A stretch of 64,000 bases of DNA from Nemertoderma westbladi (GCA_032718475.1 JAUCBJ010006642.1:1-64000); one strand, 5' to 3'; shown: positions 22,966 to 38,179, counted from the first letter of the stretch. The notes: a model not told the origin generated them from the letters alone. Made by a program: numbers and translations.

Positions 22966-25900
22966 TCCAACGATTAAACACGCGCTGATCAGAATTGTTG
23001 TCTTTGTAGACTTACAAACAGAAGACTCAGTTAATTAATAACATAGGACATGGGTATGGGGGATCCGTCCAGATGTATATGGGAAAATATGTATTTAAAT
23101 TGGGGTGATATAATATACATTGATATAAATCAATTATTCATTATGCCAGATGTATGAGTAGAATATCCCTGAGCCAGAGTCAATATAACATGTTTAATAA
23201 TATCTTATATAGGTTCCAGTTTTTGGTGATTTAATAATAAATACAAGTAATTAGTTGTTCAACCATACACAGAGCGGTCTGGTCTAATTGAATGTGACTT
23301 GTGATGGTGTATGTATGTATGTATGATGGATACTGATGCGTACAGCTAATACTGAATATTGAATAATTACAGAATGAACTCTGAAATAGTCAATTTGCAT
23401 AGATAGCAGATACTTGATGAAGGTAAAGAGGACATTGAAATTCAGCAACATGTGGCATCATGATTATGCTTTTCGTAAATGACAAGCTTTTCCAGATTAA
23501 CTATAATTAAATTGAAATGATGAAAACCGGAATAGCGAAATTGACATTTTTATTCACTGAGAACTTATATTGCAACTAAAAATAAATTCACAGTTCATAG
23601 AATAAATTTTCAATTCTATTTTAGCTAAACTAGTTGGGGAAACTAACATTTCTCATATAGTCTAGGACTAGCCATCGTTTGTATGCATTTAACTGCACTG
23701 TTGGTAATTCGATCACATGGTAAAATATATGTCCCTCAATTCGGTTCCTTTTAGAAATTGGCATGGCCCTATTCTAGTTCGAGTTAACTAATGGTCAACT
23801 TTTTAAAGGGAGGTAAAGTTAATTTAAATTATAGGTTTAATTCAGTATTGTCTGCAGTGGCTATACATACTATTCAATGAAATACATACAGAGAATAATA
23901 GGGTCTCAATTCAGTGACTTAACCGCCTCATTAATTAGAAGTATCAAATTTCATATATCACTCTATTCTAGCTTGTGATCTTTGTAAAAAATTATGTTGA
24001 AAATTGCCATGATTAATTATGATTATATTATGGGGTTTGTGGAGTGTGGACCCCTCGCTTACCGACAGAGACGAACTAGGTGGTCCACTTCCCTAGACCC
24101 CCCCCCCCCCCCCCTCTTCCTACTCCGTGTGATGTAGGTCTATTAGTAGGACTAAGAAATAATGATATTTTTTACATTTCTTACAATTCAATACATCTCT
24201 TACATTAGGCCTACCTTCTATAGTGAATATAAAAAAAGTGATTAAATGCACAACTCAACCCCATCAGTGTAGACAGGATATAGAATGTTTACAAAGAAAA
24301 TATTACCTGCGTGCCATTAGTTATTATTAGGAGTAATTTTATGGGCCGATTTCGGACATAGTTTATTCAGGAAAGTTCTCCCAACCCCAAGGGACCTCAT
24401 TATACATAATGGAAATGGAAAGTTGAGCTTCCTTCTTCAAAGTACGTAATTAAACCGTTGGAGCATTCCTCAACGGGTGAATGGGATACGCTTAAGTTCA
24501 GGAAATCATATGATTCATGATTACTCTTCTGTAACATAATAGTACTCCAAACCCACAACAATGATATATGTTCCTTTTCCCCTAGGGTTAGAAAGTTTAA
24601 CTTCCAACTGAAAAAGTTGCTCCACAGCGATTTTGAATTTTGTAGGTATCCTTCCGTAGAAAGGAGGGTGTATACTGATTCATCAATACTGTATGAAAAT
24701 TCATTTTCTTAAGGGAATTTTTCTTTGCGGACTTTTAGATAATAAAAAGGAGTTGTTATCATTATATATTGTTAATCGAAAATCCGGGAAGATTTCCATA
24801 TTGTCAGAATTGCAGTGGATACAATCGATCTAGCTGCTTTGTAATTTACTAATTAGAATTAGGTAATCAACAAATTTAATTCATTCGTTATCTTTATTAA
24901 CCATGCGGAATATTCTGGAATATCCCTGCAATTACTAAATATTTACATCCATTGTGTGAAAAGTAGTACTTTTCGGCGTTATGACCCGAGTGCATTTATT
25001 TACCGAAGGAGCGCAGCGAGGGAGGTTTACATAAATATACAAGGGTCTTTAATGCTGAATATTGCCCAAACAATTAACAAACTGAACAATGGGGTACGTA
25101 ATTTTGTTATTTTAATTAACGTTAATTAACCACTTAATATTGTAATGTTTAGGAATATTAATGGAATTCGTAAACATTTTATGAAATTATTTAAATTTAC
25201 TAAAAAAAACTGTAAGTGGTCCACAATCTTTCACTTAGTATACAATATACTTATTACAGCTCTGCTAAGTACCGTGCACCATTATAGGATATCACAAGAA
25301 CGCTAATAAGTTGAAATAATGTAAAAAAATTCATTGCATATGTATAGTGGTCGCACTACTTAGCATACATCTGCCATACATCTAAATGTGATCTCGTGTG
25401 AATATAACTGATAGCTTTACAGGGGTCCTGATGGTAACAGGTTCGTTCATCTCGGTCAATGATGGTTTCATAAATTAATTTAATGCTGTTTATCTTTCCA
25501 AGCCAGGCCAAGCTTGACATTGTATTCTATATGAACCCGTTCGATAAATTTAGAGACACAGGCATTACTCAAAATCAAAAGCCCTTGCTTAGTATGAACA
25601 TGAGCAACCAACTACTGCAACTACAATGTACTGGAATCCATTACCCTTCAGTGAGAGAATACGTTTTGTCTTCAATTACTGCTTAATATTTAAAATAAAA
25701 CAGATGTTTAGAACAAGCAAACAATATTTAAAACATACAATTTCAAATTGTACTTGAATAAATCTACCGAATCTGCTCTCATCACCCACCTTTGGGCTAC
25801 CAAGAGTACCTCGAACTTCCTAAATTTTCCACTACCTCCAACCCAGCGAAATTTTCGGGAATACTTTATAGTACTGTTTCACGATTTCCAGGTAAATTAC

Positions 25901-26201
25901 TTGGAAAATAAATCTTAGTATGATTAATTAAATAAATTCGCGCCAGTTATAATTATTTTATTTCAATATCCATCTTCGACTTATCGAATCTGGCATAGTG
26001 TGGGAAATTGTGTAAACGAATAAAAAAAATGCTATATCTGCATTTCTCCTTGAGTAAGTCCGGCAGAAAGATTGTTTGCCACCTCTCATTAGTGCCAGAG
26101 ATGAATCAATCACTGAATTATACAGCATTATATATTCTATCCACACGCTTCTACGACATGCTTCCCTGTTCATAATTTAATAGAATTAAGGGGTTACTTA
26201 C

Positions 26202-26631
26202 ACATTTCCGGTCCAAGCAGCCATGGCAATGCTATATAATGTTCCAATAGTTGAGCCGGCATACATAATAATAGAACCAATAAGTCAGCTATACCAAGGT
26301 TAGCAATGAGTAGGTAGGTTGATGTTCGCATATCTGTTGTTCGACCTATCACAACGCAAAGTAGCACATTTCCAACAAATCCAAATAAAAACACTATCGA
26401 GTATGATATTGTGAACATCCACAGTGTCAGTGTTGAATGGGAGAAATAAAATGCTGGTCTGTTTCCTGATTGGTTGCAGCATCTGTTGATCGTGATTGCA
26501 TTGTCCAATCGTATGCCAGAGTTTATAAAGTCCATGCAGTATTGGTAATCGTAGGTGTCGCTTGGCGTCTGTTGTTGATATTCCGAAACTATTGTAAAAT
26601 TACAATTTGTAGATCCACATATGTCCATCAT
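26202..26631 (-). CDS. First coding exon of a rhodopsin-like (class A) neuropeptide GPCR, N-terminus to start of TM3; resembles the ETHR/TRHR/ghrelin-receptor group
   Basis: N-glycosylation sequons NFT and NQS; TM1 FGFVGNVLL; ICL1 MRTST; TM2 NLGIADLLVLLLCMP; ECL1 PWLLGPEMC. Acceptor ccttttttAG at 26634-26633 and donor GTAAGT at 26201 inside the Cys codon. Confidence 0.9.
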
Positions 26632-28029
26632 TCTAAAAAAAGGCATATCATGTTATAGTAAAATTTAAATTAAAATGCAATATATAAATATAACATTTAA
26701 TAAAATAATAGTTGAATTAATATTTTACATACTAAGCATAAGCAAGCATACTCAACTGCAATGTGAAAAACTTTTTCAGAACATTCAAAGTTTGGAATCA
26801 TTGTACCAGGTATGAATCCTTGCACAATCAGTCACTGTGAGGTGAGGTATTACTGGTATACGTACATATGTATACATACATACATATATCAGCCAAACCA
26901 CTAGGATGCATAATATACGTCATATTATGTCGCCACACATCATTCCAGATTTTGGCAGGTATTTTTTTATAACCATTTATTATTATAACCAGGTGTTGCC
27001 AAAATATCAAAGGTGATTTCAAATCACCACGTTTATGATTGGGTTCGCATTTTTGCTGTCTATTGAGTACAAAGTAGTCATTTTTGGAACAAAGTCAGAA
27101 TGCATTTTTAATTGTGTAGAAATACACAGAGTTTAGATAAATGCAGCAGAGTTTTTATCTGTTGCAATAATGGATGATGTCCACCCACGCCCCAGGATAC
27201 TTATATATATTTCTGTTAGTATTTTTCATTTTTCCATCTACATGACATGGAAAACTATTGAAAATTTTTCCATGGTAAGGGATAAACAGTTATGAATAAG
27301 GTCCAAAATTATCTATTAACTTGCAAAGTAACTTTTCTTACTTTTCTTTAAACTTTAACTTTTCTTTTCTTACGCAACTTTACACTAATTTTCGGCTTAT
27401 TTAAGAAAGAAAATAAAAATAATACAAAAATTATTAAATTTTTTGTAATAAATATTTTTTTTCAAATTTCGGCGTAAAATGTTATTGTCGTAGAAAAATG
27501 TTTGTGGTTAATTTTGAAATTCTGGTACAAGATATCAAAACGGTTTTTGGTTTTGATCAACCTTTAAAATTCGTATCTCCATTAATTTGTGGGGCTAGTC
27601 AAAACTGCGAGCCATCAGCGAACTGTTATAATTATACTATGGCCGATTTCCAAAAGTCTGTGTGTGTGTCGGAAGCCATAATATTGTCAGAAGCCAATAT
27701 CAGAATAGGCGTATATAACTAGCCATAGTATAATTATAATTGTTCGCAAGATAGTTTGCAGCTTTTGCTGCACGAAGGTCCCACTCGTGTTAGATGTATT
27801 TATCACCTTTATCACCAATTTTATTTGCACCTCGAGAATAGTTTAGTTTAGCATAGTTCATAGCTATAACACATATATATATATTGGTTTATTGACTCAC
27901 GGTGGTGCGGCAAAGAAACAGTATAGTTACAAAATTGCATTGCACAATAATTGAAAGAAACATTCTCTAATATTAAACTTCAAAAGTCCAAAAAAATACA
28001 ATTGTAAATAAAACATAAAAATACATAAG

Positions 28030-31000
28030 ATCTTCTCAATCAAAAACTTTCAGAATCTCCGATACCATTCTAGCTATTACCTTTGGGTTATTATTTAACA
28101 TAAAATTACATAGTCTACTCGCACCTTTTATATATAGATATTTTGTGCGTACATGATTTGTTAAGGATCAGTAGAACAATACATGTTCCTCGGTTTGTAT
28201 TGTCTTCTTGTCGCAAGAACACACTCGATTTTCGCATGCTGTTCTAGACCATTTACCTAACTCTATCCTTAAACGGTGTGATAAAAAGCTTAGCCGAAAT
28301 CGTGAAAACTCAATTCGCTGATAGTCTGGTATATAAACTCTCTAAAACATGCTGTAAATTTTATGTACCTCTAAATTAGGATTAATATCTAGATATGTAA
28401 CATCTTTACTGTGTGACAATGAAGCCTTGGCCCGTATATCCGTCTTCATTTTCGTTTTACTCTCTGCAATAAAATTATTTCTGGAAGATAATAACTCTTG
28501 TATGTACACGAAACCCGGTGTATTTACCTCTTTACATAAATTATACACGTAAAATATAGGGTCGTCCCGATTCCAGTTTAACATTACGTTACGCATAGAC
28601 TTACAATATATTAGTTTTTATCATAGCGCAAACATCTGGCATACCTAATTCTACAAATCAAAGCACGTTGGTAGTTAGTTATTCTAATATTCAGTAAAAT
28701 TTTAACCAATTTTATTATAATAGCACTGATATCACTTTTGTTTATATTACCTATCCAAGTATCGCTGGAATATAATATTGACGCTAAAATAGCGCTATCC
28801 AAAGCTGCTTTTTTCATTCTAAAAGGGATATACTTATTCACAGCATAAAATTTAGAAAATTTACGGACATGTTTAGCGCATTCCTGTACATGTAAACGTA
28901 GGTAAGATTAAACCATCTTGAATAAAAATTGCACCTAAATAAACGTAATGCTCAACATTATTTATCGTTATACCGGTAAATTGAAATGGTTCTTTGTCTC
29001 CTATGTTCCATTAACAACCATGAATTTTGTTTTTTTGTTATTTATTGTCATTTCATGTATTTTACAAAAGTCTAATAATATTTCTATCTTCCGTGCACAA
29101 TCTTTTCTACTTACTGCAAAATTCACAGTATCATCCAAAAACAAAATTGAATGAAGTGCACCAAGATAAGTATTTGACGCACATAATTCCTTTAGAACTA
29201 TTATAAGGTCTTCTATGAAGAATGTAAATAAAAACAGGCTGCTGGGGGCACCCTGGCGTACTCCTGCATTCGTTTCTATATCAATACAATTAATCCTAAT
29301 ATATGTGATTCTATATAAAGTACGAATCGCATTAACCATATTCTGACAGCATCCCAATGCTAATCGTTTCGATATTAATTTTAATCTAGGTACCCTATCG
29401 TAGGCCTTGGAAAAATCTACAATGACCATAAATAATTTAACCTTTTTAAACTTTACATAATCGCACAATAGTCGTAAGCTCATAATATGCTCAAAGCATT
29501 ATCTTTTCTTCTGTCCACCAGCTGAGGCGTATTGGGTCTCGCCCATCTACGCAAATGAGAGTCTATTATGTAATCATAAACGTTTGCTAAGGTATCAGAA
29601 ACGGATATACCCCTATAATTGTCACATGCATTAGAATTACCCTTCTTAAACAGAATGGTTAATTTACTGAAGATCCACTGTCTAGGTAAGGATGATGAGA
29701 AAAATACCAAGTTTAGTATAGATGTAATATATATAATAATAGCAATGGGTAAACATTTTAACAGGTTTGGTTAGATACCAGACGCGCTTTTATTCGCTTT
29801 TAATGCATTGAGGGCTTCGTTGGTTTCCCACAGCATAATAGGGTCGGGTCATCGCAAATGGGTATGTAGGGAGCCTCTGTGGTATCGATTAAATCTAGAC
29901 TCGTTGCTTTGGGATCATATAATAATTTTCTAAAGTGTTCTGCAAATTGCTCGTTTGACGGTTTACCATCTTTTTCATCATTAGATATCTCTCCTCTCCA
30001 ATTGATAGACTTCCAAATATTCTTTGGATCATTTTCCTCGAGCAATCTCTCCCAATGATTTAATTCGATGTCTATAAAGTTATTTGGATGAATTTGCGGC
30101 TATTTTACGACTAAAGTGTTGACTGCTTCAAGAAAGGCCTCAGTTAGATTCTCGATGGCTGTATCTACGTCAATATCCACTATATCTGGTATGGCAATTA
30201 AACTCCACAGACTGTTGCGGAATGAAGCTCTATCTAATGTTTCATATCGTTTCTAGTATTTCCTTTGCATGTTTTATTATAGCAATCGGTTCCTTAAAAA
30301 GAAACTCCAAGGTCGCGTGAATGGGTAATGGTAATAAGTGTATCCCAATCGGAAACCAATACCAAATCTGTTAGGTCGAATTCTATTTCTAAGGGTGCGT
30401 GATTATATGGGAGGTTCAAGTTCTGATTAACCGAGACGTGTGTTCTAGTAATGGCCGGTTTACTAACCAAACAAAGATCGATCTGACTTACCCATAACGA
30501 TTTGCGCTGAAAAGTTAGATTGTCCGGTAAAGGTGGTACTCGGTTAACAATTGTTAAATCGCATTCATTGCAAACACTCATGATGTCTGAACCATGTGAG
30601 TTTTTCGGTCGGTACACATGAGCGTTGAAGTCACCAAACAAAACTTTATGATTAGCATGTGATGACATTGAGAATGCCTGCACGTCGCCCCGAGATCTCT
30701 CGCTGTAATAGGGTGAATCCCTTGGCTCAATGTAAATCCCGCAAAGAACTAGATCTTTACCTAACTTAACTGATATGATACCGGGAACAGAAGTTTCAAT
30801 ATCATGGATCGCATCCTGTATCCGGTTGTTTACTAACAGGCCAATACTACCGCGTTTATCATTGTTGTTTACATTACTGTAATACCTAAATCCTCGGATG
30901 GAAAAGCAACAGTTTGACTTCACTTCATATAACCAAATTAAATCAAAGTTTACTGCATAACCAAACGCGTTTGAGTTGCTGAATTTATCGCAAAGTCCAT

Positions 31001-31030
31001 TTATGTTCCAAGACAAATATTTACAGTATG
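28030..31030 (-). mobile_element. Degraded APE-RT LINE (RTEX/Crack-like)
   Basis: SWNINGL, GDFNA, SQIDLCL (APE); NYRGIS, DFSKAYD, GVRQG, FLDD (RT); C-terminal HRLRIELGKW...CSC...EEHVLF Zn motif. Frameshifted. Confidence 0.88.
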
Positions 31031-33249
31031 TGTACCTACCTACTAAGTTACTTTCTTTACCACCATCACCCTAATTAGTAGCACCTCTTGAGATACCTAT
31101 ACCCATATGTGAGAAGTCTGGCATATAGCGATCTACAACCGATCCATCAATCGTTAATTAATAACTTGATAATAAATTGATAACTATTGTATGTAATGAG
31201 ATACTATTGTGTGGATGAATATTATAATTTATTCGTTACCATGGAAGCGAGGATGATCCCCTTCCAACTTGTTTTTTACAAATAATATTTGAAGTCTCCA
31301 TGGTTACCATAAAATAAAATTCATGGTCGATCAAGATCAGTACTGACCTGGTTTGTATTAACAGTGATCAGCAAAACTTGGTAGCATATTTATTCTTAAT
31401 AGAGATGTTTGACTTGCCAATGAACCTATCTAACCAATCTATCCTACCATAACATATTTTTGAGTTTGAATAAAAACTCGTTATTTAACTGCTGAAATGG
31501 AATTTAGTCTGGTTATTTAATGCCACAGCATGCCACATAATCTATGGGAATCTTTGTTAATTCTACAGTTAGCAATAAGACTTACAGGATTATAAATTCG
31601 AGCATAGAATTCTCAGTGTGTGGATAGAAAATGATGGATTTAACAAAATGCAAGCAAAATCCTACTGCATAAATGATACACAATTTTTGATAGTTTCTTT
31701 TAATATCTAAAATTGATAGATGAATATTATACAATGATAAATATAAATTATGAATTATATTAAATCTAAAATATAGGCATAAGAATGTGTGAAACTCAGT
31801 AACTGCAACGAACTTTTAATTAGCCCATAAATAAGTGCGGCTCAAACACAATTAACTCTTTTCAGTAAACCTAATTAACCTTTCTGTAGTTGTAGTTCCA
31901 TGTATTCAACACTTCTTCATAGTAAATTAAATACAACTTATAAAATGTACTCATTCAACTGGAAATATTATTAACAAGATAAATCCCTTTCATTATTAAT
32001 AAACTACTTAACCCCACGTAATTACCCAAATTGGCATGGCTAAAGAATTACCAATCATTGATCCGGTTTCGTGTTCCATTATTCAAAACTTAGCTAAAAC
32101 AAAGTGTGCCAATTGGTATCTGATACTTATATATAATACTATACTGTATACTAGCATCGCTTTAATCCCATTAGCTTGGGTGAATTGCGCATTAATGTTA
32201 GTTTCTTTGAACTACAGGATATATTTTCCGCAGGGGTTTGGTGTTTCTGCATAAGTTGATTCATAAGATATCCTGAAATCTACATACTAGAGTGCTATGC
32301 ACGTGTGTGTTAGTGACATGTACAAACACGACTCGGAAACTGATGACTGAAGGTAACCTTTTTTATTCAAATTATTATTCTTATTTCAAGTATTGAAATT
32401 CTAAAATCGGTTTAAGACTTCTATATATCATATTATTAAAATTCTTTGTTTGATGGTGAACCTATTCTATTAATGATAATTATTTGCCTCGGGAATTCAT
32501 TTGTAGATATGTCTTGCCCTTCCATACATTACAATTACGTTTGAGATAACAGAAAGAAGTAATGTGTTCAGAAATGCAAAACATATGGGTTGGTGAATGA
32601 GGATAGGCTTATGGGTGCATGGATGGGGCAATTAATTACGCGTAGGGTGACGACATTACTCATATTCTGAAGGGAGATTACGAATTCTACATACTTTCGA
32701 AATCTACCTAATTTAGGAAAACATTGAATGTTTATGAATTGAGATGAACACAGAGAGATATATTTATATTGGTTCTATTGGTTCAACTATCTCGTAACAG
32801 AATAATTATTGCATAGGTAATATTTCTGACATAATCGTTACTTCTAACTACTACCACCTTCTAGTATCAAAATCTCCATGAATGAAACATTTAACGATAG
32901 ATGGATAAACAGATATTGATACATGAACAATTTAACCATGATACACATAATATTACAGGCTCCAGCGTATGCCCCTAGGAATTTATTATAGAATATTTTG
33001 TTATATAATTTTTCAAAAACTAAATATGATTAAATTATTATTAATATTATCATTAAATTATTTCTATCTAAAATAGTTTTTTTTCAATTTGCTATTTCAT
33101 TTAATTTTCAAGTTTATATTAAAAATTGCATTGCACAAGTACACTGAATTAAATTTAACTTTCAAATTTCCCACCACCACATTCTCATAACGAATTTGGA
33201 AATAATATAGTTGCCCTACAATAGAGCAAACATTGCTGCCACTGATGCT

Positions 33250-34430
33250 GACTCCAGTACAACCTTACAATGTATCAGGTTGGCTATCAGCGTTCGTTGC
33301 TCAGCCTGATCGATGTGTCAGCGACTGCACATTGGATGGGCGTCTAGAAACTGATCTGCACCCCCGCAGACAAAGCAGAGAGGACCTCAGTAAGGCGAAG
33401 TTCAGCATGCGACGCACCCATATCACGCACTCAGAGTACCGCAGTTCCCGTTTATCAGCTAGCTTCATGGACAGCCGCTTAATAAACTGGCTAGCTGCTG
33501 GGGAAGCTCCACCATACGCTGAGAAGATACGCTGGGATGAAGCTGGCATGCTCCACCTCATGTATCCTCTCCCCATACTTCAGCTTCTTCCTCCCTTCGT
33601 GATGGGCATGTGCGGCTTCCAGGGACATTGTTGCGTTAGTGGCTGCTAGGGGGTTGAACACAGATACATCAATGAATGATTTCTGGAACCTACCACCCCA
33701 GAAATCCGACACATCCAGCCTCGCCTCCTGGTCTGTCGAGGTAGATTGTTTTAAAAAAGACTCCCCTGTAAGAGGCTGTAACATCGGCTCAATCCCGACG
33801 TTATGGGCCAACCCCGTCAAGGTGTCCACCACGAAATCTCGTATCTCGTGCCGAATGGAGGAGGGGAATCCTTCTGTGGGACACGATAGTACATGGGAAG
33901 GAGAAAATCGCTCCTCACAGGCACAACGAGATGGAAGGTTTTTTGCTGTCCACCCAAAACGGAGACAGTTGTAGTCGATCGGCTGGGCTTCTTTAGTAGC
34001 AATGCTGGCAGCACAATGAGAGCAGTAAAGGAGGTATTTCACAGTGGGTTGTCAACAGTAGCCAGACCGACAATCCTCGCCATCTCACTCACCAGTTCCC
34101 GACCAGCGGCCCCCGGGGGGACTATAAAAAGGTTTGGTTGCCAGTGCATAATGATATCGTACACTTGATGTATTGAAGTCTCAAGCTCGGGACAGGAAAG
34201 TCTACAATTCCACCATGAAACTAACTCTGCCTCTGTAGATGGGGGACCCGAAACCAAAGGGACAGACACGGACACGGCAACTACTGGAACAAAGCTGCCA
34301 ACCCCCGGACCAGCCCCCTGAGAAACAACCCCCGGGTCACAGACTGACCGACACCCCCCTTGGTAACCGACTGGTGTTTACCCTGGATAATAGACTGACT
34401 AGCACCCCCAGACTGACAAACACTGGAGTT
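33250..34430 (-). mobile_element. Internally deleted CRE-like non-LTR retrotransposon (RLE endonuclease end)
   Basis: CAC...HVLSC knuckle, RHEIRD, EPMLQPLTGE, ARLDV, IDVSVFNP, KKLKY, NFALLRSSLLCLRGCR. An upstream block (WQPNLFIVPPGAAGREL) is directly adjacent, with no RT between. Confidence 0.8.
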
Positions 34431-36739
34431 GATTATCGTATTATTGAATTAAATTATTCATATCCAAAATAGTAATCTTCCATAAATTTTAACTCGTCAT
34501 ATCTACTATAAGAGCTGTTACTATGGGACTCAAGAGTCAAAGAGTCAAATACCGTATTCAAATATGGTAAAGCACATAAGGGTTACACGAGTCTCTTGTG
34601 CTTTACCATGCCACTGTTATTAGGAAAACATACCACAGGGCATTGCAAAATACACAATAATTACAAAGTTACAACAATTCTAGAGCACTAAATAAAAATT
34701 CAATGGTTTTGTTTTTCCTAGAATAAAACTCATAGGTGAGCCAGCATGGCGTCCTAAACCAAGCAGCCGGAATTAACTAGCTAAACTTGGAAATTGAAGG
34801 TAAATCGAAAAATCAAACATTTCGTGAAAATTTGAATCAATTTTCATGTTTATTTCTGTTCTTTCAAACCTGTTAGCAAATATTTTTATTACGGTTTAGA
34901 TATTCTAGAATATTAGCTAGTTTCGAAATCTAGAATTCGAAATCTTTTAACTAATTAATTTGTAAAATTGGCACGGTAACGCACAAGAGAGCCGTTACTA
35001 TTGCAATTTCTTCCGTTTCTATGTTTAAGACCCTCTACAAAACCAGCGCGCAACCATTTGGTGAAGTCTATCCAAATTTTTTATAATGTCCCATATCTAT
35101 ACTAAATATCTATGTGGGGTGGCACAGTCAAATAAAAAAATTCCTACGGGGTCATAGACTGGATGCTGTATTACAATGAACATTTAAATTTGAACATGGT
35201 TTACTTACACCCTCTATAAAACTTGATATCTTGACAATTGGCAGTCCCAATGCAGCGTGCATTAAGAATGCTATGCCGGCATATCAACAAAGTTGCACCG
35301 CCACAACTACAACCACAATTCACAATTCTTGTGAATGTGGCTTCAAGAGATTTGGTGTCCTCAGCTGTTAGAGCCCAGCATGGACTCGAGTATATGAAGT
35401 ATAATCGAGCTCGAGCAATGTTACCATCCTGGATCAAACAGAGAAACAAGGCGAAAAATATGTAGACAGTCGAGGTCACATCCCATGTCATGGGTAGCCC
35501 TTACTTATCCAATTATAGCATATTGACTAGAACCCAGGCACAGCGCATTTTTTAAACTATACTTCTAGAAATCCATTTTATTGCAGGTTCTGAAATTGCG
35601 TTCTCAATGGCTAAACACAATATTCAATCAACAGTTCCATGCTGTTTTAAAACAAAGCCACTATTAACCAAAATTATTATTCAAAATTATCTGCCAGTTG
35701 GCTAAAATAAACAGAGGTTAATTGGGGAAAGCTTGCTAATAAAAGTTCTGGGCTAGTTTTAAAAAATATAGATTCCTAAAATAATTTGAATTTAAATTGA
35801 AAGGATGAACCACACTTTGGCATTTTTAATGTTGCAGCATGAAAAGTTGTAACCCTTTTTGAAATAACATTATAATGCGAAGCTTAAAAAATAATTATTG
35901 AAATAAATTACTTTTAAGTAAGAATTACAGTAATTCATAAAAAATAGTTGTTATTTCGTTAGCTATCAACCTCTGTTAGAGGCCTTCATCAGTTTTAATT
36001 AAACATGAAGGAAATTTAGAGTTCAAATATATTAGTGCATGACAAACCACAACAACCAAAATTAGCCCAATTAGGAATTAGCCCACCAATAATCAATATA
36101 TTATTAGTTCCAATAATTCAAATATGTGTCATGCATAAAAACATATCCAAGAACCAAGGTAACACATATGGGAATAATAATAGATATACAATATCTCCCT
36201 TAATACAACAACCATTTTTGACGGGTCGGAGGACCCCCCCCCCCCCCATAATTTATTTCAAATTTCAATCATATCCTACGAAATTTGGTATGATGATTGT
36301 TCGACGAATTTTTTAATTTATGAGTTATTTAGATAAAACAAGCCATTAAAAAACGCATTTTTAGCAATATTTAACCATCTCCACCATTTATTTTTCATCT
36401 TTGGAATGTAATATGGATTCCATTAAAACCGCCTTTATCTGCAGATTCCGAATCTGGAAATCGTTTTAAATTTCATCAAAATTGCCAAAGATATTATCAA
36501 AATACTAAAGTGTAAATTTTCAGACCGAAATCCCTATAATTCTAACGTTTTATTTACTTAATCTAGAATAATGAATAACTCATAATGAAGAAAACAAGAG
36601 AGTTTTAACATGAGAGTCAACTAGATAATAGTTAATATTTTACAATAAAACACTCTTGTGCTCTAACACGTTGTTTACAGTCTGAGTGGGATTATTTCCT
36701 TCAGGCATGCAATTCAATAGAGTCAGAACTTACACCGAT

Positions 36740-37620
36740 TTGTTCCTGCCTAGTTGACCAATGTATTCCAGCTTTGTTTGGATCTACTCCCATTCAAACA
36801 CTGGACCCTCTACTGCTCCTTCTTATGCGACACGGTGTCCTGGGGATCAGGGATCCTCTTATTCGTCGTTGCGTTCCTCACACCTTGCATCATCATTGGG
36901 CACAACAAAGATTGCGGAGTCCATCAAGAACGGCCTGGAGTTACTTATGGCAGACCACAATGCCTGCTTCAACGAGGCCCTTAAAGATTGCAGGCAGACC
37001 TTAGATAACACATGCAAAGCCTAATTCTTCGAGGCACTCAAGGTTCTTTCTCTGGACTGGTGTTGTACAGTAAATCGGGCAGCACCGTACAAGACTGGGT
37101 GGCTGGCTCACAGCCCATTCACACCCCCACATAACCCATTGACCAAACTGATCTAAACCCAGTCATTCCATGATGGCCTCGCTCTACGTTATGGCCTGTC
37201 ACCTCCTGACATTCACATTAATTGTGAGGTGTGTGGTGATGCGTTTAGCACAGCGCATGCCCTTAGCTGTAAGGTTATTCGTCGGCATGATGAGGTTAGG
37301 GACGTCTGGGGACCTTTTTGCGGAGGACTTTGGCTCATAAAATGATGAGCGCGACGTCAACAACGGGCGATCAGTCGATGGAGTGATCTGGTCTCTAGAG
37401 GTGTTTGTACGAACCAGATTGTATATTTCGATTAAGAATCTCGACTCTGCTTCCTACTATGTACGATCAAATGCCTCTGACGAGACCTTACTCACCCAAA
37501 TGGAACGTGTCAAGCGGGCCCACTACCAGGAGCCCTGTGAGACACGCCGTATTTACTTCAGTCATCTCGTGTGCTCAACTGATGGTGTGTGGGGGGCGGA
37601 AGCTCATATTATAAAATGGA
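36740..37620 (+). mobile_element. Degraded CRE-like non-LTR retrotransposon fragment
   Basis: LGIRDP, FHDGLALRYG, CEVC...HALSC, RRHDEVRD, KRAHYQEPC...FSHLVCSTDG. Confidence 0.7.
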
Positions 37621-37884
37621 TGGTTATAAAATGTTATAAAATTTTGAAAAATGTGGGGGGGGGGGGGGGGGGGGGTAAACTGCAAAAGTACCAAGGCGAG
37701 ATTGTGTAGTACAATAAGCTGCAGGCACTAAAATCCATAGTTACTGAAATCCTTACATTTGCAATCATGTGTCGCTCTAATATGATATATTACATAAACT
37801 GTAGTATATAGTAAATAATGTAGATTATAGTCTGATGATTTATTCGCCTTTATTGTTAATTAGGATTCAGAAGTGTACATAACA

Positions 37885-38105
37885 TGATAGGTTATAACTT
37901 TGATAAGAGCTGTCAGCTTGTCTTGAGCTGAAGGTCCACCAAAGAAAGGTCACTTCGCCTAATTTTGTCAAGGCAGAACAACACCATTGCCGCATTGAGG
38001 TAATAACTTTAAATAAGAGCTGTCAGCTTGTCTTGAGCTCAAGGACCAATAAAGGTGTCATCACCTAATTTCGTCTATGGCAGTACAACACCATTGCCGT
38101 ATTGT
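37885..38105. repeat. ~112-bp tandem duplication
   Basis: ataagagctgtcagcttgtcttgagct...acaacaccattgccg occurs twice. Confidence 0.8.
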
Positions 38106-38179
38106 TTGGATTTGGTGTAAGTTACCCAAACATGCTTGCTTATATATATGTTAATATAGTCTACAATGTATACTATATT

